From assembly GCA_905178155.1 (NCBI GenBank), contig CAJINV010000001.1, positions 3,277,675-3,341,674 on the forward strand: DNA of 64,000 bases. The letters run 5' to 3'. The stretch comes from Amoebophrya sp. A120. Its lineage: Eukaryota > Protista > Dinoflagellata. The position numbers were made by a program, and so were the translations under genes. Every line of letters begins with the position of its first letter. Position 1 is the stretch's first letter. Of the stretch, positions 32,404 through 43,934 are shown piece after piece. The notes below the pieces were generated by a model, which was given only the letters and a program-made list of their open reading frames with translations, searched no databases and was not told where the DNA came from.

Positions 32404-35400
32404 TCACGCTTCCGCGGGACTGGCAGCGCCGTTCGTGCCATTGCTTTCCTCTTCAGCCTGAGCCTTCAAAAGTTCCTCTAACCTCGCAAGCTCCGCTCGC
32501 ATGCGGTCTCCCCTGGTCCCGTTGGGCACCAAGTCGACGGGAAGCTGTCCGTAGCGGTTTCGCGTTTGCAAAATGTCGGCCAACACCCCTGACCTGACGA
32601 CAACGGCGGTGGACGGGGTCAAAGCGCGCAAAAGTAAGACGGCAGTCGCTTCGTTCACCGACTCCTGCATCAAGTAATGAAAAATCGTGTTCCCTGTCTC
32701 TCCGTCCTGGTGGCCGTAAATCAAGGGCTCCTGGATGCAGTCGCAGAGCCGGTGGAAGAGCAGCGCTCCGACCGACAACCTATGCTCGATACTTCTGTGG
32801 GCGTCGACGACCTTGGTTTCTACTCCGGCATTATTCCCGCTGTCGAGGTTGACGACGTTGCCCGCGAGGGAAGCCATTCTGTATTCCAAAACGCTCTTCT
32901 TTCCCGGTGGGGGTTTGCTGTTATTCGAAGCTGCACTTGAAGCTGCTATTTGTTCCGCGACGTTTTGCTCTAGAGGTTTGTTCACACCTGTCTCCTCGAC
33001 TAGCGCAGATGACCCTTCGCTGCGTGGGCGGGAGAAAATCTGCAGTTTTTGTTCTGGGTCAAGGTCTTTCTCCTCCTTCGCGCGCTCGGCCTCCTCGTCT
33101 AGGAACTGCAAACAGCTGACGGCGCACTGCTCCTCGGACGCGGATCTCAAGAACTTTCGGATTAGGTTGTGGAAGACGGTTCTGCTTCTCTCGTCCAGCA
33201 CGTAGATGCACGATATCCTCTGCGCCTCCAAAGCCACCTCGTACAGCATGGTCGCCTTCAGCGCAATAGACGCGGACACGAAGACGTCGCTGTTTTTTTC
33301 CGCCGATGCCGAATTGCTGCCACTTGACGCAACTGCGCTGCTAGACCCACAGATCCTTTGAATCAACCCGGCGAAACAGGAAACCGGTGCCGGAGCTGCA
33401 GCTCCCACTGTTCCCGATTGTGCAAGAGACGTCGTGTTTTCATTTTCATTCGCGGCAGTCTTGGGTGACGATAGATCCAGATTGGATTCGTTTGTATTCA
33501 TGTCCGCAGCCGTCTGCTTTAGTTCCTCAACTGTCTCCACCGAACCACGACGCGCTGGCGATTTGCTCTTGGAACCGCCGTTACTAGTAGTGCCTGTGGA
33601 TAGAGATTTGGCTCAAGCTCGTCTAGTCCTTTTTTATCTCATTCAAATGATCATTTACAGTTACCGCGACCAATGCCTAAGTAAAAACTTTCAATTTGGC
33701 TTGCTTTGGCTTTGCATTCTAAAAAAATTGTCTTGCTGACAACTACCGGCAGCACACAGTTTTTTTTTACTTATTCTATCCGTCCTACTACAAATCGAAA
33801 CAGCACACTTCTGTACCAAACAAGTTGTTCGCGGCATTGTTTCCCGGCACCAAGCCCGTGATAAGTTCCGTCTTCACCGGTAGCAATTCCGTGCCCCGGT
33901 CCTGCAGCGCCTTCAGTTGCGCCTGTCGCAAGGACGAGATCGCCTGTTCGTCCAGCCGCCAGAGGGAAAGCTTGTTTGCCGTGAACGGGTTCTCGTGCAC
34001 CACCCAGGGCACCGCGAGCAGCTGCTTCAGCAGGGATTGGCAGTGCTTGGTGCGCTTGTGCGGGAACTCCGTCTGCCCGATCATGCGCGAGAGCAGCGAT
34101 TCCACCGGTGCCGGGTGGCAGAGGTCGAGCATGCACCTGGTTTGGGTTTGGAGGCAGAGGCGTCGGGCCACTTCGCCTAAAGTGTCCCGTTTCCCCGCGG
34201 ACAATTGCGGCACGTCCTTCAACTCCGTTTCCATTTGCAGGCAGAAGGCGTCTAGAATGTCGTGCAGGAAGAAACTGATCAGCTGTCTCAGGAGATTCCG
34301 CAAACTGCCCGTCGCCTCCGGGTTCGCTGCGGTGTCGAGCAGCGCCGCCATGATGGTGTTCGAGAGGTAATTGGGCGGGAAAACCCCGGTCACTTTCGGA
34401 CTGCGGTTGCTCACCGCAGGCCAGAACCCGCGGAGGCACATCTCCAGTGCGCCCGCGCACTTCTTGATCGTGTTTTCCATGTCGATCTCGGGGTTCTCGG
34501 CATTCAAAGGTGGCTGCACCCAGACCTGCTTCGCGATTATATCCTCTAGAATGTTTTTCTGCACCGCCTGCAGCACCGTGGACAGCAAGCCAATGTCGGC
34601 CTTCCGCACGGCTGCGGGGATCAACCCGTCACTCACAATCCTGCCCCGCCAAAACGGGTGGGAGAGGAAGGCCGTGAGTAGCAGAGACGAGTTCGCGGCC
34701 GCGAGCTGTTCCGGGGTTTGCGTTTTTCGTGCCGCGCTTGTTGGTCCACTTGGTCTTCCCCCTTTCTTCTTATCACCCGCGGCTACCGGCGGCGCGGCTT
34801 GCACCTGCGCTGACCGAGGGTTGATCTTCTCGCTATTCTGCGTCAAAATGTCGAGAGGGGTCACTGTGACCGCCGGGTCGAAAGGAAGGGTGGTGACGTT
34901 TTGCAACACGTTCTTGAAAAACTCCGCTAAAACGAGCGTTTTTTCGTCCTCGCCGACCAGCCCGTTGAACAGGCAGCGGTCGACGAAGTTTTGCCGCAAG
35001 CCCAAGCTCGGCGCGAACATCACCTGCGCCCGCAGCGTGGCGTCGTTCGAAAACGCCAGCTTCAAACTCGACCGCACCAGCAGCCTCAACATCGTTGCGT
35101 TGCCCGAGTGGTGCAACAGTAAAACGCGACCTGTGAATGAAGAAAAGTCGTTGTGGGGCGAAACCCGCCCCTTCACATCCAAGTCCAGTACCCGGATGCG
35201 GTCCAGCACCAGGGACAACGACGAGGGCAGCCTGTTTCCGTCGATCAAGCGTTCCGGGTAGTACTTCGCATCAGGACTGTACTCAAAAGCCCCTGTATCC
35301 ACGGGGTTCAGCTGCTCGTTCAACCACAGGTAGGATTCCAACACGATCGCGGCTCGCCGCGCGGATTCATCTGTTTGTGCACCTGTTTGTGCCGGCGTCA

Positions 35401-38275
35401 GCCCGTCCTCCAAGATGAAATCGGAGAGGGAGCTCGGGATCAGCGCGGATGTTGTTCCCCTTTTCGCCCCCGCTGCGCCGGTTTTATTCCCAGAAGTACT
35501 CTGGTTCGCGTTGTTTCGCTCGACCGCCAGTTGCTTGCAGTGGCTGGGCAGCGGGTCGCGGCCGATTTCCGGGAGCGTGAGCACACCCTTTGCGGCGTGG
35601 AGCCCGGGGATCTGCGCCAAGAACTGGGCCAGAAGGTACTTGATGTTCAGCAGCAAACCCGTAGTGCCGAGATCCCCCAAAGGCAGCAACGAGGTTTGCT
35701 CCCGCGCCGCCCAACGCATGCGGCACACGCCGAGGGCGTCCGTGCCCTGCGATACGACCACCCCCGGCATGACGACGCGCAGCTCTTGCTGACTGGCCCC
35801 CCGCACAAACCACCGCTCGCGGTCGAGCGCGCCCGCGGACCCGCACGCGAAGTCAATGACCCCAAACCCGTCGCGGTCCCGGGCCGCGAAGAGTTTCGCC
35901 AACCGCTGCGACGCAGCAGGCGTTGGTCCGGCGGCGGGGGCCCCTCCTGGGAAGGGCGGCGATTTTGTGCCACTCGAGGACACCTGGCTCATTTTGGAAA
36001 CCTCGCGGCTGTTAATAAGGGCACCAGCACTTTCCGACTGAGGTTCGTCCGCCGTGGGTTTGCTAGTACTCTGCACGGACACAAGGGACTTCTTTGTGTC
36101 AACATTTTTCGGCGGTAGGTCCAAGACCCAGTTGATCAGCCGGTCGACGATTTTTGTGTGGCCCCCGAGACACGCCCAGTGGAGCGGGTTCCGGCCGAGG
36201 GCGTCCACCATGTAGGCGGAAAAGAGCAGGTCCTGCTTGGGTTCGGAACTCGGCAGATCCCGCAGCTGCGCCGCCTGGTTCGACAAGAAGAGCGGGTGGG
36301 CGAGGATGGCCTTCACTACTGCGTTGCAACCGAAAAAGCAGGCGCCGTGCAATGGCGTCCGCCCGTGCACGCAGTAGGGGTAGGCGGAGCCCTGGTTGAT
36401 GGCCGCTTCCCGCGTGAACGACATCGTGGGCACCCGCATGTTCAGCGCGCTCGCAATCTGCCCTGGGTAGGAGGAGCCCAGCGGCTGCACAGGACTCTCG
36501 TCGTCCGGCACCGCCCACAGCAGCTCGCACATCACGAGCGCGCCCTCCTCGCAGGCGTATTGCAGGGGCGTGTAGCCGTACTGGTCCACCTGTCCCAACA
36601 TTTGGTAGAACTCGTCCGGCCGCTCGTTTTTCAGCCAGTAGACTACGGCGTAGAACCCCCGCTGCACCGCGTCGTGCAGAATCGTGCCGTCGTGCTCCGG
36701 GTGCACGGCCTGCAACGCCGTGGAGCCCTGTTTGGGCAGCAGTTCCAGCACGCTCATCAACGCCGCCTCTTCGTCGCGGAACGCCTGCAATAAAGTCACC
36801 TTCCACCGGTCGCCAACGTTGCTGTGCAGTTTGTCCTCGTTTTCGACGGTGAAGATCCCGGTGGTGCGCTCGTAATCTTCCAAACACTGCACGACGTAGT
36901 CGCCGGTCAGCATCAAATTCGCCACCCGCCGCATCGCCTCCGTTCCCTCCACTTCGTTCAGCAGTTTCCACGAGTTCGTGGCCACGGCCGCAGCGGAAAC
37001 CGCGTCGTTCTGCGTCGCGGCCAGCAGGATCTGGCGATTCAAAAGATGCGTTTCCCAGAACTGCTCCAGCCGCGCGCGGACGTCGTTCGCCGATTTTTCC
37101 ACGAGCAGTGGCTGCGGCAGCTTTTCCACCTGCGTCATGCCGGGCGTGTGCATGCCCTCCAGATCAGCGAACACGCTCGTGGCGGTCAACTTGTCGCTCG
37201 GCGGATCCAACACCTCCGGCCGCTCGAACTGCGTCACGTAAAACGCAGCCTCGCTTAGGGTCAGTGTCTTCGCGGAAGTGGGCCTCGGGGGAACTCCGCT
37301 ACTCTGAGGAGACGCCTCAGACTGGAACTCCTGTGAAGCTAGTTCATCGCCTGCGATGCTCAGCAGCGCCATTTCTGCACCCTGGACCAGCGCCTGTTTG
37401 TATGTTTCGACAAATCGATGCATCTTTGTTGTGTGAGTCTTAGTTCATCATCATTCAAAATCTGAATTGCACGAAATGATCTACTTGCTTCACACATGAC
37501 AATCCAAGAAAAAATTCAATACCGCTTTCGGGCTTATGCCCCCGGGGGACGTTGCGGCATCCGCTCCTGGCAACAACGACGGCCTCCGGTAGGTCTGCGT
37601 GGAATCACACAGCCCCACTAGGTCGACGAAAAGCAAACTTCGATTCCGAATCACGTAGCGGATGAAGTCCGGCGCCGACTCGTTCTCGTTCCGGAGCCCG
37701 GTCCCGATGATGGCGAGCTTCATCACGAGCGGCTTCGCACTCTTCGCCTTGTTGTTCCTGTCCCCAGCCCCGATGTAGTCCTCCACGCTGGACTTGCTTC
37801 CCCGCTGGATCAAGCCCTGCACGCTGTCGGCGTTTTCGGGTAAAGACAAGTTGCTGTTGCACAGCCCGTTCAGAAAGTCCAGACTGCTGGCGTGGCCGAG
37901 GAACGTGATGTTATCCAAGACCCGCCCGTAGAAGCTGGACTCCGCGTTGTTGTTGTACAGCCGGAGGCAGTGCAAGGGTGTGGTCAAAATCAGCCGCACC
38001 ACCGTCGGGTCTTCGCGAACTAAATTGCCGAACTCCTCGTGCATCTCCGGCGACAGGGTCGACGAAAAGTGCTGCGTGTGCTCCCGCAGCTTGTGCAGGC
38101 GCCGCTTGATCGCCACCAGAATGTCCAGAGGCCGCAACTTGTTAAAGTGTTCGGGGTAGCGTAGCGGAGTTTCGCTCGTCTTGCTGTCGCGGGCGGGCGG
38201 AAACAGCTCCGAAACCTTGGAGAAGTACACCTCCGCCCCATCGGGAAGGCGCACCTCTACCGCGACTCCTACCAT
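32404..38275 (-). CDS. Large ankyrin-repeat protein (~1849 aa; exons 38275-37523, 37423-33817, 33593-32404)
   Basis: ANK motifs GTILHDAVQRG, DQYGYTPLQYACEEG, GRTPLHGACFFG, DALGRNPLHWACLGG, GNTIFHYL and NRYGQLPVDL. Two GT-AG introns join three ORFs in frame (5550 nt). Confidence 0.88.
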
Positions 38276-39083
38276 GCTTGCAGCGCTGTAGTAATGTTCT
38301 TACTGGAGGAGAAAAATAAGATCAGACGCAGTACTGGAAAAAGCAAATTACCCACTTGCAAGAGGAACTCGCAAGGTAGGGCAACACGCTGTCGCTCCCA
38401 TAATGTAAACAGGAAAACACTAAAAGACTATATAGGGGTGCAGTGCTCTCCAAGAGAATAAAGGATAAGGTTGGGAATAGGGGAAGATGCAGCGAGTCAA
38501 GTGGAAACCTGCAGATAATTCGCGACCAAAGAGACTTAGAGGCAAACAGTATTTTCTATTTCTTACGTGGACATTCTAAATTTTCTTTAGCACGTGGGCA
38601 CGAGAACGATTCCGATTTGGATTTTTGTGCACGGAAAAACGAAGACGCTTAGCTTACGAAGGGAAACACCAACACGTTTGTTCAAATGGAGGACGAAACC
38701 GAGAGTGAAGAAATATCAGAATCTGCAAACACCGACTGCTCGTGTGCGGCGAAATCTTCAACCGACATGCACAAATCACGGACGAGAGTGCCAGTCAAAC
38801 TTACAACCGATGGCGCTTTTCTTTCTCTACAGCTGCTTCCGACATTTCAATTTATATCACTTTGTTTCATCACCGACAATGCTTGTATTTTTCAGAAGTA
38901 CTGCTGGCGGTACATGTTCACGCCGACAGAGAAATGACTCGATCAATCAAAATCGCTTTGTTTCGTTTCTGGAAAACCTGTGCGCAACTGCGACAGAAGA
39001 GAATCGAATTCGTCACTTCTTTCGACGCAGTCGCAGACGCACCATGTTCAACATAATGTCACACGACAACTACGTAAGTAGCT

Positions 39084-42000
39084 CTACTTTATTTGTGGAA
39101 CGGCAGCCACTGGCGCTACGGGGGCCTTTGCAACTACACCCCCCTTCTGCAACATGTTTGCTTCGAAGAGCCTTCGGACGGCTTTTGCGACGTCCAAAAA
39201 ACTATTCTCCACGGACACGAATTCTCCCAACCAGGCGGAGAGCCTTCGCATGATGTGCCCCTTGTTCCATCGGGAATCGAACAGGACGACGGCCCCATAG
39301 TCCGTCTGGTGCCGAATGCAGCGCCCCACAGCCTGCGACACAGCTCTGTACGCTTGCACCGCGTACCACTCGTCTCCCGTTATCGGACAGTAGGGCATGT
39401 CCCGTGGGGATAAAACAGTTACAGGAGGAGCTAAGGTCGACGTCGGAGCAGCTATGATAGACGTCGTGGTTGTGCTACTTGTACTTGTTACCGCAGCTAC
39501 TGTTGCCACCACGGCACTGCTGGTGGTGGAGGAAAGCGTGGTACTACTAGTACCACTTGGGTGCAATTTATTTGCAACATCGGTGCAATTATCGTTCCCC
39601 GGCACATTCCCTTCCGCGTCCAGTTCTTCAAAGACGCCGGGTTGCGGCACGACCGCGGCGTGCTCGAGTTTTGACATACTCACCGACGTGACGCTGCCCC
39701 GGGTAAACCGTAGTTTGTCAAGAGTGACAGGTTGCTGTACATTCCAAGACACTCTGCCTTGTTCCTGCTTGCAGAAGTTGTCCCCTTCGTGGTTCTTATT
39801 ACTTGAAGCCGTGGAGGCAGCAGAAGAAGTTAACGCCCCTTGCTGACCTTGAACTGCCGTGGGGGCCCCGTTTTTCGCAGCCTGGACTTGACTTATTTTG
39901 ATGTTGTCCGCGAACGGAACTGGAACGCCCCCAGATGCTGGTGCTACTGCTTGCGGAAATGAAGGGGCGTTTGGCTGTAGAGCAGCACTGAATCCGGCTC
40001 CCACTGGTTGCTGCGCAGAAAAAGCTCGTCCGAAGCCGAAACTGGTCGCCGGGTTCGAACCGAATGACATCACCCCACCGAAATTCGAAGCAAATTGGGA
40101 AGTTGTTGTCGTTCCAAACGCATGCTGGTGCAACTTTTGGTTGGTGTTCATCTGTGGCGCTGGTGGCATAGATACGCTAGAAAATTGGCTCTGCAGTTGC
40201 CCTGCTTGCGGCTGCTGACCAGCAGAAGTAAGGCCATGTTGAAGAAACATACCAGGAGTTCTACTGGGTGCAGGTACCGGCACTACAGCAGCGACTGCTC
40301 CAACGGCAGGTTGAACTTGTTTCTTCGCATCTTCTTGAGGCCCAAGCAGATTTTTTTTCTCTGCTTCAGACTTTAGTACCTTCGCCTGTTTCATTTTCTC
40401 GATTTTGCACACCGCGTTGTTATATTCCCTTTTTTCTGCCACAAACGTGTCTTTGTAGGGCGGAAACGGAATCCCGACGCACACCACCAACCGACACAAG
40501 TGATCCCGTAGATCCAACCCCTCCGACGAGGAAGACCGGTACGCGGAAACTAAAACCGTGATCACCTGCTGATTCTCCACGGACTGCGCAAACGTTCTCA
40601 CTTTGTCGCACAAAACTATCCTCTCCTCCCAGGGTGTTTTCTCATTCAAGGACCCAAGCGCCGGTGGCGGTGGGAGAAAGTTCGTTGCGGCTGGGGAAAC
40701 TAACCGTTTCAGAATCTTGGCACTCCACAACCGCAGCGCCTTCTCCACCAGCGCCTGGCTGGAGAGAAAAATCAGGACGCCGCTCCCGCCCGGCACGTTG
40801 CACAACAATGTCATCAAAATCTGTTTCCCGATCGCTTCGAGAAACGCCTCCTTCTGCAGGTTCTCGTGCGTGCAGGGCAGGTTGGTTTTCACCGGCAAGA
40901 GCTGGAATTGGTCGGAGGTGACAACGTGCTTGGCAGATAACGGCGGCGGTCTTCGCTGCAGCCGTTTCGCAAATTCCGTCCCGAGTTCGGCAATCACGGC
41001 GGAATGGGGGTGCAACGTTCCGGAACTCAAAATAATCGTGTCTGCCATTTCGGACAGACCGGAAAACACCGCGGTAGGCACCATGCACATCACGGACAGA
41101 GATCCGAATTTCTCCCCCGCAGATGAACCACCGCTAGTCGTGCAGCCGGCTGCCCCACCAACTGGAGCGCGCTCTGCCCCAACGTTGTTCGAATCTTTTT
41201 TCACGTTGACATTTGATGTCCCAGTACTGCTAGAACTCGCCGAAGCGTTCCTCGAGGACAGCAAACTGGTGTTGTTTGCAAGCGCACTACCGAGACTGGT
41301 GTTCAACGCAACGCCACTCGTGTCCAGCGGGTTCTCCACATGCTCGACGCTGGTGTTCAGACCGCCGGCGCCCGCGTGTTGCTCATTCTTCGACGAAGAA
41401 CTTGTTTTCTTCGACTCGCTTCGGGAAGACGGATTCTTGTTTTCGCTGGGATTTTTGATCTGCTGCACCACAGGCTGTTGATGCAGCTCTTTGGCTTCGA
41501 TCCGCACCACGTAGCACTCCGGAAAATCGCACAGGCGTTTGATCCGTTCCAGCAAACTCAGCATCCGCCCCAGCTTCGTCAAACTCGCAAAATAGAAGGC
41601 TTCATCGCGCTCCGTCGGCTCGATCTGCGCAAGAATGGCGTCCTGCAGGTTTTGGCAAATGTCCTTCACGATGTCTAAACTGCCGCGCAGACTCGTTGTC
41701 GCGTCCGCCTTGGTCGTCACGGGTTTTGATGATGTTGCCGTGTTTTTATCCTTTTCTAATTCATCTCTTTCACTCTTCTTCTCTTCTCCTTTATTACCTC
41801 CATTTTGAACAGCCGCACAGTACGCATGGCTGAGTTCCTTGTACTTTTTCCGCACGAAGTGCTCTTGGATCATGTCTTTCGTGCTGACCGCGTAACCCAG
41901 TCCGAACTTTCCCAGAGGTAGCGCCTGCGCAAGCACCTTCATCCATCCGCGTAGGCGCCGGACGTGCTGTTGCACTTTAGCGCTGGCTTTTGTGTTGCGA

Positions 42001-43934
42001 GTCGTGTGTTGCTCCCCCATAGCAGCTAAGTTGTTGCTCATCCCTCCATTATTCCTCTGCAAGGACGATGCTCCCTGACTTTGGGAAGAAGACGACCCCC
42101 CACTGAGATCCAATCTTTTCCCGTATTTCTCGTAAATGGCGTCCAGCTGTTTAATGATGTCCTGCACTTCCTGGCGCTTCAGGTCAAAAGAGCCGGCGTC
42201 GCGACAGAAATCCTCCACGTTGTGCGCCTCGTCCAGGATCACGATCCGGTTTTTCAAACTCCAATTTTCCCGGTGGTGCGTGCTGCACCGGGCAATCACC
42301 GGATCCAAAATGTACGGGTGCGGACACACCACCACCTCCGCGGCCCCGGCGAGTACGTGGGAAGCGTAGTACGCACAGCTGGTTGTGCCAATCTCTCGGC
42401 GCAAGTCCTCCACATCGACGGCGGTGAGCGCTTGCACCGTGCGCCGCCACCTGCCGACCGGCAAATTGGACGTGGTGGCCGCCTGCTGGTACATGAAATC
42501 CATGGCCTGCTGCGAGTCCCGCGTCCCCTCCACGAAACTGGGAACAGCGGCGTCGCGCAGGTTAGCGTACTTGTCGCACCGGGTCTTCGTGGACCGACAC
42601 GCGAAGTCGATGTTCGCACTACTGGCAACCACCGGATTGGTACACAAGTGCTGTCTGCCCGCGATCACGACGGCGCGGTGGTTGCAGTAGGCGGTTTTGC
42701 GCAATTCCTTAATCACCTGGGACGCCTGAGCGTGGGTGCGCACCCCGTAAATGATTTGCGGCCGTTTGCCGCTCGGGCAAGATCGCTGGTACGCAATCGC
42801 GGAGCAAAGCAGTGCCATGGTTTTCCCGGTCCCAGTCGGGGATTCGAGCAGGGCATGCTCCTTCGCTTTTGCGGCCTTGATAACCCGTAGCATCACCTGC
42901 GTTTGCGCGGGAAGAACTTTCTCGTACGGAAGGGCAATGGATACCTGCTCGATGATTTTCGTGCTTTTTTGATTCCTCTGTTCCAAAGGAGGGAGCGGCG
43001 GACCAGCACACGAGGTTGTTTTATTCCCTTTTGAAGATGTTGTGTTCGCGCCAAACATTCTTTTCCCCGGACTGGGAGAGAGCCGGGAGGAGCAGCCGGT
43101 CTTGGCAGACGCTGGCTGGCGTGTTTCGTTTTCCTTTTCGCCGAAAACCAACGACGACTTTGCAGTAACGTCGTCACAAGCTCCTGCATGTCGGGCAGTC
43201 TTCTTGTCCTCCTGATTCGGCGACGCAAGAACTTGCTCTAATATTTTCGACGGCGTTCTTACTGGGCTGGGTACTACTTTCACACTAGTTGCGCCAGAGG
43301 GTCCACCTCCTGCACCTCCTGCTGCACCTACACTGCTTACTGATCCGAAATACGGCTTTGGGACCAAATGCCGGATCCGACTCATGTACACTTCCACGGG
43401 TGGCCGACACTGGTCGCTTTCGGACGATACATTAAATGGGTAGTTCAGGCCGCCACCCATAAAATTACTCACATTTCGCATCAGGTTCAACCCGGACGTC
43501 GACGTAGACGAGCCTATCATACCTCCACCCCGTGCGTGGTGCATTGGCGGGGTCCGAAACCGCTGCGAACTCTGGCCGAACGTGACATCGTTGTGAATCA
43601 GATTGCAATCCAAACTAGAATGTAATGTCTTCGTGCACTTGCCCCGATGATCCGTGCCGGCACCACTTGCGGTCGCGCCGAACTTCTGCTTTTGTCTCTC
43701 CAGTTTGCGCTGCTGCTTCAGTTCCGCTTCTTGTTCCTGCTTTTTCTTTCGTAATTCCTGCTCCTCTTCCCATTTGTCCAAATCCTCCCATTTGAACGTT
43801 TTTGGGTCGATCACGGGGTTGTTGCGTCGTTCCGCCTCGATTTTGCGCTGCTTCCGCAGCTTCTCCTCCTGCTCTTGCTCTTTTCGCCGCTTCTTGCGCT
43901 TCACGACAAGTTCCGCGCCCGGAACCGGCTGCAT
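39084..43934 (-). CDS. XPD/DinG-family Fe-S DNA helicase, FANCJ(BRIP1)/RTEL1-like
   Basis: LLESPTGTGKT, Fe-S cysteines (GRQHLCTNP..FAC..C..CAYY), ILDEAHNVED, LSSGTL, SEGLD, GIPFP and QAVGRCIRHQTDYGAVVLFDSRW. Intronless; first ATG at 43934. Confidence 0.92.
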   Translation of the reverse strand: MQPVPGAELVVKRKKRRKEQEQEEKLRKQRKIEAERRNNPVIDPKTFKWEDLDKWEEEQELRKKKQEQEAELKQQRKLERQKQKFGATASGAGTDHRGKCTKTLHSSLDCNLIHNDVTFGQSSQRFRTPPMHHARGGGMIGSSTSTSGLNLMRNVSNFMGGGLNYPFNVSSESDQCRPPVEVYMSRIRHLVPKPYFGSVSSVGAAGGAGGGPSGATSVKVVPSPVRTPSKILEQVLASPNQEDKKTARHAGACDDVTAKSSLVFGEKENETRQPASAKTGCSSRLSPSPGKRMFGANTTSSKGNKTTSCAGPPLPPLEQRNQKSTKIIEQVSIALPYEKVLPAQTQVMLRVIKAAKAKEHALLESPTGTGKTMALLCSAIAYQRSCPSGKRPQIIYGVRTHAQASQVIKELRKTAYCNHRAVVIAGRQHLCTNPVVASSANIDFACRSTKTRCDKYANLRDAAVPSFVEGTRDSQQAMDFMYQQAATTSNLPVGRWRRTVQALTAVDVEDLRREIGTTSCAYYASHVLAGAAEVVVCPHPYILDPVIARCSTHHRENWSLKNRIVILDEAHNVEDFCRDAGSFDLKRQEVQDIIKQLDAIYEKYGKRLDLSGGSSSSQSQGASSLQRNNGGMSNNLAAMGEQHTTRNTKASAKVQQHVRRLRGWMKVLAQALPLGKFGLGYAVSTKDMIQEHFVRKKYKELSHAYCAAVQNGGNKGEEKKSERDELEKDKNTATSSKPVTTKADATTSLRGSLDIVKDICQNLQDAILAQIEPTERDEAFYFASLTKLGRMLSLLERIKRLCDFPECYVVRIEAKELHQQPVVQQIKNPSENKNPSSRSESKKTSSSSKNEQHAGAGGLNTSVEHVENPLDTSGVALNTSLGSALANNTSLLSSRNASASSSSTGTSNVNVKKDSNNVGAERAPVGGAAGCTTSGGSSAGEKFGSLSVMCMVPTAVFSGLSEMADTIILSSGTLHPHSAVIAELGTEFAKRLQRRPPPLSAKHVVTSDQFQLLPVKTNLPCTHENLQKEAFLEAIGKQILMTLLCNVPGGSGVLIFLSSQALVEKALRLWSAKILKRLVSPAATNFLPPPPALGSLNEKTPWEERIVLCDKVRTFAQSVENQQVITVLVSAYRSSSSEGLDLRDHLCRLVVCVGIPFPPYKDTFVAEKREYNNAVCKIEKMKQAKVLKSEAEKKNLLGPQEDAKKQVQPAVGAVAAVVPVPAPSRTPGMFLQHGLTSAGQQPQAGQLQSQFSSVSMPPAPQMNTNQKLHQHAFGTTTTSQFASNFGGVMSFGSNPATSFGFGRAFSAQQPVGAGFSAALQPNAPSFPQAVAPASGGVPVPFADNIKISQVQAAKNGAPTAVQGQQGALTSSAASTASSNKNHEGDNFCKQEQGRVSWNVQQPVTLDKLRFTRGSVTSVSMSKLEHAAVVPQPGVFEELDAEGNVPGNDNCTDVANKLHPSGTSSTTLSSTTSSAVVATVAAVTSTSSTTTTSIIAAPTSTLAPPVTVLSPRDMPYCPITGDEWYAVQAYRAVSQAVGRCIRHQTDYGAVVLFDSRWNKGHIMRRLSAWLGEFVSVENSFLDVAKAVRRLFEANMLQKGGVVAKAPVAPVAAVPQIK

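Noticed and set aside
33607-33617. tttggctcaag, matching the 3' end of the dinoflagellate spliced leader
   Set aside because: Only 11 nt, antisense within an intron, with no adjacent GT or SL-RNA context; compatible with chance.
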